64,000 bases of DNA, from contig OZ116711.1 in the NCBI GenBank assembly GCA_964199315.1, positions 7,378,001 to 7,442,000 of the forward strand, given 5' to 3'. Shown piece after piece: positions 53,940 to 64,000 of the stretch. The DNA is from Orbicella franksi. Lineage: Eukaryota. The notes beneath the pieces are model-generated. The model saw only the letters and a list, made by a program, of their open reading frames with translations. It was not told the DNA's origin and searched no databases. Each line of letters begins with the position of its first letter. The stretch's first letter is position 1. The translations under genes were made by a program, and so were the position numbers.

Positions 53940-54131
53940 TGGACTACGAGTAGTTCCTTATTCGCTTAGTCCGTCGAGCGAGCACGGTAAATAAACCGCG
54001 AGTAAAAAATGGGTGGGAGAAATCCTGGCGCTTTTCGCCCCCAGGATTTCGCACAGCCCTTTTTTTTCTCGCGGTTTTCTTTCGCGTCACGCACGACGGA
54101 CTATGTGAAAGAGGGACTACTCGTGGTCTAC
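53940..54131. mobile_element. TA-flanked MITE (GACTACGAGTAGT family)
   Basis: GGACTACGAGTAGTTCCTT and AGGGACTACTCGTGGTCTA. Confidence 0.7.
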
Positions 54132-54257
54132 ACTTTAAATGGAAAAGGGCAAAACAAAAAGGTCCAAAAGAAAAAATCTACAGGCACAATAATTTGGTGT
54201 CCATGATTTCGTAGAATTATCCGTTTTTGTCTATTATGGCAGAAGTCTAAAAGACTT

Positions 54258-54389
54258 CTGGCCCAGGTTGTTCGAAAGGTGGATAACACTATCCACCGGA
54301 TAAATCACTATTCAGTGGATAGCGTGGTTTGTTTTGTTAACACTTATCCACTGGATAGCGTTATCAAGCCTTTAAACAACTGGGGCCAG
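54258..54389. mobile_element. Palindromic MITE (CTGGCCCAGGTTGTTC family)
   Basis: CTGGCCCAGGTTGTTCGAAAGG ... CCTTTAAACAACTGGGGCCAG; fragment also at ~57610. Confidence 0.75.
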
Positions 54390-56371
54390 GTTTTGGAAGC
54401 CGTTTATAGTGCAAAACAAACTAAATACAGTTGTAGGCCTAGTGTAAATCAGTATTTCACCCAGGTCACACTAAAACGTTCTAAAGACCTCTCCAAAACG
54501 TAGTGTGAACAATACGTTTCGAACCCGGTCCACATGCCACTTTTTATCGGATCCATAGCCAAATATTCATCATAAAATAGGATACAATTATTTGGCTTGT
54601 ATCTTGCTAATATATCTTACGAGTCTGACAAGTGGGAACAAAATTGTGTTCCCGCAAACTGTTGAATGAAATTCAGCTGGTTTGAATTCGAGGGTCATGA
54701 AGCAGGGACAAATGACGGCAGACTTCAATTTTAAATTTCGCATCGCGCGGACTGTTTTTGCAAACTGTCCCCGCTATACCATAGAAATGAACCAATATCC
54801 GCTACGTGTGCGCCAGCTTGCATACTGTCACTGAAACACGCGTCCTATGCGTACACATGAAGGAGCTTGTCCCAACTTCACTTCCCCGCACCATGTCCCC
54901 TTAGTATACGCCGATTTTTAACTGAAAATTGCCCACGTTATATCGATTTTTTTTTTATGAGACTTCTAAAGCTAATGAGTCAAACAAAGCTACTTACCAA
55001 AAGCATGCTTGGCATGATAGTCTTTGGGTACAAAGCGGCTCGCCCAGTGCGCAAACTCATCAATATCCAGGGTAACAAAAACCATCTCGCTATACATAGC
55101 GTAAGCTGACTCTGTAAGCTCCTAGGAAAAACAGCATACAGTTGAACTGCCTTTCGTTGGTCTGTCATTGAAACGTGACGTATCTGTCACGCAACTCCTT
55201 TAACTCAGGCGTGACATTTTGTTTTTCATACCTTGTAAAAAGAGCTGTCTTTGGATACGTTGTTTTTGTGTGCCAGTGCAAATAAAATGGGCAAGTTGTG
55301 TGCAAAGGGTTCAAAGTTTGCATTCTCCTCAGAACTGTAAAAGAAACAAAAGAAACTGTTACGATCAGTCAGAGAATGCAATTTAAGGGGGCACTGTCAC
55401 GAACATGCCTTTAAAACGTCAAAAGCCAAATGATATATTATATTTAAGAGGTTTTGTAATAAGCAATAGGTTTTGATCTTAAATAGTAAAAGTTGGGCAG
55501 GTTCTTTTCCCAGATTCTAAACATTTTGCCTTGAGAAAACTTCTAAAACCCTGTTTCAATCTGCTCTAATTTCGCAACCAATTCCGTAACATTTTCAACT
55601 TGATATTGGTTCTTGTCATATTTCGTGTATGAGCACAGGTAGTTATAATTTTAGCAACGTTTTGTCCACAAATGCACCAAAATCATCGTAACAGTAAGAC
55701 AGAAAAAAAAATCAATCTGCTATTATCGTTTGATCTTCCACTCTCTCTCACTCTTGCGCCGTCATCGAATATCAACCAGCTTAAATTTACACGAGAGTCG
55801 ACGGGAGTTCTCTCATTTGACGAGCATGCGTAGAAGAGGCCAACTCTCACCCGCTTTCAGCAAGTTTGACCACGCGCCGACGAAAGTAAATGAGAATTGA
55901 AGAAACCTCATTATCATTTAACAATCGTAGCTTAACTCTCGTTCACTCGTGTTTTCGCTTTCTTGCTCTCTTGTACTGACCCTAACTTGGTGTGAAATGC
56001 CGCTGACGTCATGTGAAGGACTGGAAGACGCCGGTGGTCTTGAACAAAGCGCACGGCAATGTCAGTGCAGATCTTGTGGTCGTGTTCACACTTGAAGTTC
56101 TTTGGCAAGTCGTATCTGAAACATCAAGTTCTGACGTGATTCAAGTTGCAATGCCGACTGCTTAGTTCAAATATAATTGACGTGTAATGATATAGATGTA
56201 TAAATAACATTATGCTTCACGAATTTTGAGTAAGTTCCCGATGAAAAACTTTTTTTAAAGTGGCTAAATGTAATTCAGGTTAAGTTAAACACGAAACAAT
56301 TTTGCTGACCAGCAGCTCCTTCAGGGTGGTGTACGGGGTGGCCGGGGAATTTGTGCAGGGAAACCGTGATT

Positions 56372-56489
56372 TTACAGCTCGACTTCGGGTGTCAAGTCAT
56401 TCCGCGTGTTTTCGCTGCTGGACAACCGGTTCAGTTTGCTGTTGGGCTCCACTTTCCATTCAGGCACCATTCTCCGAGCCCATTTATTG
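56372..56489 (-). CDS. Candidate terminal exon ending PEVEL*
   Basis: Only phase-compatible open exit found; the acceptor is weak. Confidence 0.35.
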
Positions 56490-59400
56490 CTGATGAGTTT
56501 ACTTAATTGTGGCGAACCTCAAAATCTGATAGCCATCGAATCTAGAAGAATACCAAAGAAGTCATGAGCTGAAATATTCCATACCCATGAAGTAGTCTCC
56601 GATTGGTTGTTTTTTCCTCATTTGACCAATCAGAGACGTTACACGGACCTCTCGCAGTAAGATAAGTGCTAACAAGAAGTCGACTTATGACAAGTCTACC
56701 ACCAATACCGCTAGATCCGTTTAGATGGTTAAGACAACTGAACGAATTCGACAGAACAAACCTGTGAGTGTCGTGAAACATGTGCAGTCTCGTGTCCCTC
56801 TGGTTGTTGATTAAAGATTCCACATTTTGACCCAACTGAAACACTTTGACTCGCACACCATCACTTCTTTGAAGCTCAAGCTAAAAACAAACGAGGAAAA
56901 AACAGATTAGAAATGATGCAACAAAGAGAATCTCGAAAAAAAAAGAATAAGCTAGAGTAACGCCCTCCCGACATATTCGGATCCTTTCATTTCAAATAGT
57001 AGTTATCTAATAGTTTGTGTTAATTGTGGAACTACAAAAAGTATACTGGCATGAATTTTTTTGACGTCGATGAAGATTGATAAGTCGATTCGTTTTGTCG
57101 TACGGGGATGTAGCTTCTGTCTTAATAGTGGGTTGTCCGCAAGGGCGAGAGTTGAAACTGTCTCTAACAACAGCGTGTCTTCTGCAAAGAACTCACCTTC
57201 GACAAAACAAGATCCTGATCTTTAGCGTTCACCTTGCTACCGTCATCGACAACATCTCGAGTGTACGTTACATAGCATGGTACTCGACCATAAAGAAGCT
57301 CGCAGACCAGCTGAAAACAGTTAAATGGATACCACTTGTTCACGAGAGTTGTCGCCAGATAGCGGCGAGCTAAGGACCGCGTGTACAAAGTACCAATTAA
57401 CCTGACATCCACATCCTGAAAAGAGAGAAGGAACTCAGATATTGAAGTACAGAGGGACAACAGTTTCACATAAATGTTAATTCACGTGGAGCTCGACATA
57501 AAACGCATTTCTATCGATTTTGGGTGGAACGTTTGCTTATAGTTTCAACAGGCCAGCGGCTAACTTAGTTTCTTTACCCAACCCCCGCCCCCCTCCCCCG
57601 CCCCGCCAAGGCCAGTTGTTCGAAAGGTGATTAACACTTATACCGAGTTTGCAGTAGATGAGAGATTTTAATCCTCTTCTAGAAAAACATCAAAACAAAA
57701 AAACAAGTGTTTTTTACTCCCAATATTTTGAGGAGTTCGACATAAGTAGTGAAAACTGAAAGACCTGAAATATTAACAGAAAAGCTCAATGGAAAGTTGC
57801 AAAACTGAAATCAAAGTTCATTATTATCGTCAACTAGCTTTAATAATCGTGTTTGAACCTAGGATGCCATAAGGAGTAGTGCTACTTCCCCCTTGATGGG
57901 AATGCTGTTTCATCACAGCATTTAATTCACCCACTACACTTCTCATCGAATACTAACAGAATCGCCACTATTAAACACCACACCCTTGCCAGTCATGGCA
58001 CTTATTTTGAGTCTAAAATGAGCCTCAGTGCCTGAATAGATTAATGAAGGTATTGAAGAACATTACAACAAATACCATGTCTGGAATTGAGTCAAACATG
58101 TGCGTTCTATCTACGACAGGTTGACTGATGTTTGATAACCACTCCAAAACATCTTTGGCCTGTTAATAAAGAAAAAAGGCAACATTACATGTATTTGAAT
58201 ATTTCATTAGAACAAAGTTTGGAAAAAATGTGATACAAAGATGTCATTATAAGGAATGGCATTGGCGATGTTCAGAAATCGTTGTCTTTGAGACAATTCA
58301 ACAACTAACACTCTCCTATGAATTCTTTGTCGTGGCTACAATTTGAGTCGAGCCACTACTTCACCCAATCAGGAGAAAAACAAAAATAATCCGTTTTTCT
58401 TAGAGTTTAACGATAGCACGTTTTCACGCGATTGGAACCTGTTGAATTCGCCCGCTTGGAGCCTGTTGCATGTTTTCGCGCGCTTGGAGCCTGCTGCACA
58501 TTTTCCCTCGCTTGGAACCCGTTGCAAGTTTCCGCGCGCTTGGAACCTGTTGCACGTTTACGCATGCTTGGAAGACGTTGCCTGTTTTCCCGCGCTGGAG
58601 CTTGCTCATTTTCGTGCGCTTGGAACCTGTTGCACGTTTCCGCGCGCTTGGAACCTTTTTGCACGTTTACGCGAGCTTGGAACTCGTTGCTTGTTTTCCC
58701 GCGCTTGGAACTTGTTGCACGTTTTCCTACTCTTGGAACCTGTTGCACGTTTTCGTGCGCTTGTCACCTGTTGCACCTTTTCCCGCGCTTGGAACCTGTT
58801 GCACTTTTTCCTGCGTTTGGAACCTGTTACACGTTTTCGCGCGCTTGGAACCTGTTGCACCTTTCCCGCGCTTGGAACCTGTTGCACCTTTTCCCGTGCT
58901 TGGAACCTGTTGCAAGTTTTCCTGCGATTGGAACCTGTTGCATGTTTTCCCGCGCTTGGAACCCGTTGTACATTTTCACGTGCTTGGAACCTGTTGCACG
59001 TTTTCGCGCGCTTGGAACACGTTGCTTGTTTTCCTGCGCTTGGAACCTGTCACACATTTTCGCGCGGTTTTGGCCGGTGGTACGTTTTTACTTTGATGCT
59101 TATAGGGCTAAACTAGCTGCTAAATTATGAAGTCTTACAAAGACAACTCCGTGGTAGTCAAGTCTGAGGTAAGTAGAGTGAGAACTTGAACAACTCTCAA
59201 CAGTAGACCAGCTGAGACTGCGGAATGCAGTGAGTGTAGGATAGCCTGTAATGCTGTATCTCTCACAGGTGAGCGGATCTGATGAACAGTTGTGCACGAA
59301 CACCGAAGCACCTATGAAGCAAACAAAACGACAATGATTAAGACAATGAGTTTATCATTCGAAATCTATCACAATCTTGCCCTTATCTCAACCATCCCTG

Positions 59401-62400
59401 GTCTTTACTGTTTTATTATTATATCTTTGGTATTTTTCTATCTTAGTAACCCATCATTTTGAAGTTCTCTTTCGTTTAAAGGTAGAATTTTGTACAACGC
59501 AAACATTCTTAACTTCACAACAATATTGCACGACAACTCTATTGAGCACCAGTCTTCATTCGTTGATACTTGAGCAGTAGACGTCGTAAAAGCGTTTCCG
59601 AAGAATGAATGACAACTTAACGTAAGTGTCAAGGCATTTAGCTCCATCTAGCTCCAAAATTCTACTTGAGGACACCAATGCTAAGCAAGATTTACCTATT
59701 TGAATATATCAAAATGGAATTCACAAATTTAACTATTAAATTTAAAACAACAATGCCATGCAACCCTGCGTAATCACAACATGACAAACTACTGTGTAAC
59801 AATTTTACAGTACTCACCTAAATACTTGGCATCCAGAGATACCTTCTCAATTGTTGGCAAAATCTTGGCACAGTAACCACAGCCATCTAGAAGAAAAACA
59901 ACCTACAGAAAAAGAAAAAGGAACCAGTGTTTACCCCAGTGCGACACGTGAGTCTTCCAACATCAAAAGCCTGCCACAGCATTCCTAGAGAATTATGATG
60001 TAATGTTACTGTTTCTCTATTACATCTGCAAAACTAGTGACTTTTCCTCTACTGTGCCACGTTTTGCCTCAAAAGCCACGTTTTCTAAGCTGCATGTTCT
60101 CCTAGACTACATCATTAATTATCAAGCGTCCTTAGTCAAAATTGCCGAGGAGCCATTTCTTTTCCCTTTTCCCACTTAGACGTGGCAACCTTGACTGTAA
60201 AGGGCCTGTCGCTACTCTGATATTCTTACTAAGCTAAGGCAGACTAAAGTCAGTCTACATGTAAACTTAACTAAACAATATCATCTAAATATGAAGGTTG
60301 TTGACTGGTTTTTAGCCAGAGGACTTGAGACAGTCCCTCACTCCCGCTACAACGGTAAAACAGGGTCTAAAATCTCTCCCCTCAATATTTTTGTCCGCCA
60401 CCCTACACCACCAAGAGTTTTCAACCCAATCCCACATGGTTTAATATTTCCCTCTTCATCAACTATAAACCGTAACAGTATATTGTAGAACCACACTAGT
60501 TGACTTTGAGGTTTGAAGCCGCAAGCGAAAGGTTCAAAACGAGTAGACTACGACTGTAAGTATGTATGCCTGTGGACGGTGAGTCGAATGGGCGAGTGCG
60601 CGCGCGAAAATCACCTTGCACGAGGAGACGCGACACGCGGGTATTCCTTTTCGTACACGTTAATTTGCTCACTCACTCACTTGGCTAGAATACCAAGTCG
60701 AATTCAACAGAGCTACAGACTTACCAAAGCTACAGAAAACAAACGAGATGATTGTTTCCTTGGTAGAGCAGAGTATGACTTCACTGGACCAACTGACTGC
60801 TCTATGAGTGAAGCCCAGGTCTGGTCATTTACATATTCAAATTGAAAAGTCTTCTTTTTCACCTTTGATTGAACTTTAGCCTAATAAAGACATTCAGACT
60901 TAACATCAGAATACGAAGTACAGTGCTAAAAAAGGTAGAATGGGCAAGTGGGTAAAATGCTTGGGAGTTTACATGGTTTAAAAAATGCCTTCTGGACAAA
61001 AAAATTGGCACATGTTAATGGAATTTTTTGAGTTCTTGTCTACACATTTCTGAGGTTAGTAGCCTTAAAAATGGAAGAGTGACCAGGATTAAAAGTCATC
61101 TTTGTAAAAAGGTTCTCTGGTTAAGAAATTTTTTTCAAAGGTAAGCTTTCGGCTTCAACTAGTTGAAGTTATAAACTTGTTGCCCACAGTTTAGAATTGG
61201 CCAGTTTCAATATATCAAAATTCAAATTTGGTCTGAGGTTTGGGGGAAAAAAACAAAAGAAATCAATTACTCCTCCCTCAACCTCGATGTGATTTCTCTC
61301 ATTTTATTCTCCTAAGCCTTGGGGCCAAGTTAGAATTAATAATATCTCAAAATTGGTCTTTTGTGGCCTCACGCTCAAATAATTTCCAAATTACTGAGCT
61401 GTATTATTATACTACGAGGCAAACATTAAGCAATAATTTTTCCAAAAGAGAATTTGCTATATCAATGCTCACCTTAGTCGGCCATGAAGGAGGAGGTAAA
61501 GGTGGCCCAAACATGACGTCATTCTGCTGAAAACCTGTCTTGTCTATTAATGTACTGTTATCTCCTATGGCGCACGCATCTTGTAGCAAAAGGTTGCACA
61601 CATTCTAGGAACCACATAATATCAAAATCACTGTTAAAAAGACTTTGCAATTTGTGATTGTAAGAGAATAATTTCAATTTCTGTTCTATCCATGAAGAAA
61701 ATTTTTTATGACATTTTTGAGGATTGACTAAAAGGGATCAGCCCTATCTTGGATAAGTCCAGATATGACCACATAGAGTTGAAGCCTGCTATCTCAAAAT
61801 CTTTAGGGAAACAAGAAATAGTTTAAGGTGCCGGATGTTCAAGATAGCCGATAGTAAATGACTGAAAAAGTACATTCAAGGGAAATGTCCGTAGTTTGAG
61901 ATAGCAGGGAGTTTGAGATGACAGAGTTTAAAATAGCGAGGTGCAACTGTAGTCCTGAAGACAGATCCCACTGACTTGTCCTCTGTCTCTCGATTAGGCT
62001 TGATTTCCAACGCTCTCTTGAGTCCAGCTTTTGTGGGAGGAGCACGGGCTCCTTTCCCGAACAGCAGCTGGTAATCAAGCCCATTACAGTTTCGGTGATC
62101 AGAGAAATAATTGTTAGTAGTAATTATTACAATTAATTATAATTATGATGATCTTCACAAAACCAATGAAAAATATGGTTCTGAATTAATTACTAGCTTC
62201 TAGTTGTTTCTAAAGACACACCTTGGTATCATCACTTTCTTTCCAAGGATTGTATGGCTCATCATCATCATCATTTTCTGGTAGAGCTGTGTACAGGTTG
62301 AGAGGCAGCATTTGCAGAAACTCAAACAGAAGCAGAGGTGTGGGAACGTCCCTGTCGAATACTTGTTGTTTGATTGTAAACCCTGTTTGTTCAATAAGTT

Positions 62401-63180
62401 ATCAAAATAGGCCAATAAGCATTAAGTAGTTTTTGCAGGAACAAAATTAAATATGAAACTGAATCTGAATGTAAAGTCTGCTCTCAAGCCAAAATCTCTT
62501 ATGCAGCCACACCTTTCCCTGGGATCTATAGCATGAAGCGAGGTGTATGTAGAGTATTGCTACCCCCCTCCCCCCACTGGAGGCACATTAGGTTTATGGT
62601 TAGTGCACTCAACCTCAGATTGAGCCCATTGTGTTGTGTTCTTGGGCAAGACCCTTTACTCTCGCAGTACCTCTCTCCAACCGGGTGTATAAATGGGTAC
62701 TAGCGAATTTAATGCTGGGGGTAACTCTGTGATGGACTACAGTGTAGCATCCCATCCAGGGGGAAGTAGAATATTCCTAGTTGCTTAATGCTACAGAAAC
62801 TGGGATAAGTGCGGGCCTGATGAGCCATTTGGCTCATATGTGGACTTTACCTACCTACCTTTGTTCAAACAATCTGCCACTAACCTAAATGTACCCCCAA
62901 CATTATCCAGGTCCAATTGCGAGTCATGAGATTGTTATACTTGGTTGTGTCAGGAATTTACCAGTGAGGATACTAGTAAATTCATGCATTAACTATCTAC
63001 AGCCATCAAATTTTATCACAACTTGTGTAGTGCCATTAATGATGTGTGGTTATAGAATTTTACAGTCACCAATTTACTTCTACACGTACTTACTCTGTGT
63101 AGTCAATTCTCTTTCCTGCCAGAAAACCACAGTAAATGGAACAGCATACACATCTGATGCATGTACATATCTTGACACCA
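56372..63180 (-). CDS. Gene model (3' part): thioredoxin/PDI-like multidomain protein with a CGYC motif; 5' end unresolved or outside the window
   Basis: Phase-consistent exons 61473-61604, 60725-60880, 59818-59902 (VVFLLDGCGYC), 59139-59311 (NC...CERYSITGYPTL), 58076-58159, 57197-57415 and 56762-56880. Upstream exons 62222-62382 and 63094-63180. The junction near 61.6-62.1 kb is unresolved. Confidence 0.7.
56762..56880 (-). CDS. Thioredoxin gene exon
   Basis: TTTTAG|CTT ... AG|GTTTGT. Confidence 0.65.
57197..57415 (-). CDS. Thioredoxin gene exon
   Basis: TTTCAG|GAT ... AAG|GTGAGT; inside ORF 57164-57469. Confidence 0.75.
58076..58159 (-). CDS. Thioredoxin gene exon
   Basis: AACAG|GCC; AKDVLEWLSNISQP. 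Confidence 0.72.
58405..59075. repeat. ~28-bp minisatellite (TTGGAACCTGTTGCACGTTTCCGCGCGC), >20 copies, intronic
   Basis: Direct tandem periodicity; source of the many overlapping ORFs here. Confidence 0.93.
59139..59311 (-). CDS. Thioredoxin-fold exon (cis-Pro GYPT)
   Basis: GASVFVHNCSSDPLTCERYSITGYPTLTAFR...YHG. Confidence 0.85.
59818..59902 (-). CDS. Thioredoxin-fold exon with CGYC active site
   Basis: CTGTAG|GTT; VVFLLDGCGYCAKILPTIEK; G|GTGAGT. Confidence 0.85.
60725..60880 (-). CDS. Thioredoxin gene exon
   Basis: TTAG|GCT ... TTG|GTAAGT; phase 0-0, open. Confidence 0.7.
61473..61604 (-). CDS. Thioredoxin gene exon
   Basis: CTAG|AAT ... AAG|GTGAGC; open. Confidence 0.55.
62222..62382 (-). 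CDS. Thioredoxin gene exon (acidic ENDDDDE stretch)
   Basis: ACAG|GG ... AAG|GTGTGT; open. Confidence 0.55.
62580..62855 (+). mobile_element. tRNA-derived SINE copy
   Basis: TTATGGTTAGTGCACTC head; body matches 24836 and 31520. Confidence 0.78.
63094..63180 (-). CDS. Thioredoxin gene exon
   Basis: TTCAG|TG ... A|GTAAGT; VYAVPFTVVFW resembles a Trx cis-Pro strand. Confidence 0.5.
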
Positions 63181-64000
63181 CTGAATATAATTATATAACA
63201 AAAGCAATAATTAATGTAATTTGTGATAAATACCAGTATATATTAACTTATCGGTAATGACATAACTTAATATTTTGCTGACATGGAACTGACAACTGGG
63301 TGCGAACATAGTATGCGATGGCACATGGTTATGTGCATTACATTATTTTGTTAAAAAGAAATGGTTGAAAAACTTGTGACATTCTACAGTCAGCCTTACC
63401 AATCGCAATTTCAGATAAGGTTAATTTAGTGTTGTGTGAATAGTGTTATTTAATTTGTCTTTCATGCTGTTTTTTATATACATGAAATAACCTTAAAACC
63501 CCAAAAGTTAACACCACTGCATTTTATCAAGGCAAATCGTCCCTGTGTTTCCTAATTAGAGGTTTTGGGGGTTTACATGTGTAGCTTTGGTGCATGGAGG
63601 ATATTGTTGATGTATTGTTATGCATCATATGTTGAACTCTTTTCTCTGGTCAAAGAGGTTGATCGTGAAGAGAAAAGATTAAGACTGAAGCAATTCTGAC
63701 TAGATTTTGATGAAAATTTCCTTTTGTTTCATGAATTTCTTATTTTCAGAGATCTTTACCTTAATTAATTAACAATGAAAATTAGCGATATGAAAAGTGA
63801 ACGACGTTCCGATGACTCCATGTCATCATTATGACTGGGAAAGTGAAAACGTACACTAACGCTAATACTGTTTTAAACAGCAAAGCGTTTACTTTCTGTT
63901 TAGTGTCCGTTTACTCTCCGTTTAAAACGGGTCATGACATTAAATAACATACCTTCTGGATGATCAACAATGTTGAGCATTCCAAATCGCAGAGAGACTT

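Noticed and set aside
58343-59130. Long overlapping ORFs as a real gene
   Set aside because: Generated by a 28-bp tandem repeat inside an intron of the opposite-strand gene.
61976-62067. Exon of the thioredoxin gene
   Set aside because: Probably coding, but no acceptor/donor pair gave a phase-consistent link to 61604, so it was left unannotated.

Overview
Intron-rich, AT-rich animal DNA. The repeat landscape resembles anthozoan/stony-coral genomes (inference from memory, not a database result). Five spliced genes could be assembled by hand from GT-AG sites with consistent reading phase. (1, 2) A head-to-head pair of paralogous signal-peptide-bearing M14B (carboxypeptidase D/E/M-like) zinc carboxypeptidases: minus strand 2451-4551 (559 aa) and plus strand 5565-10446 (690 aa). 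The second ends in a Ser-Gly/acidic plus Lys/Pro-rich linker and an unexpected CYLD-type CAP-Gly domain. Both lack the Tyr248-equivalent. (3) A ~1540-aa adhesion GPCR on the minus strand (13896-33886): signal peptide, 2x F5/8 type C, Ig, 2x FN3, GAIN/GPS, 7TM, long Ser-rich tail. (4) Divergently from it, a 429-aa predicted GPI-anchored protein (44953-52828) made of two F5/8C domains that are an exon-for-exon paralog of the GPCR's N-terminus, a candidate decoy, co-receptor or ligand. (5) The 3' part of a thioredoxin/PDI-like gene with a CGYC motif on the minus strand (~56372 to at least 63180). The rest is a ~190-bp satellite at the left edge, many MITEs (TTAA/Kolobok-like, Harbinger-like, TA-flanked, one with a 5-bp TSD), tRNA-derived SINEs, an RTE LINE remnant and mini/microsatellites. 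No rRNA, genuine tRNA or CRISPR array is supported.
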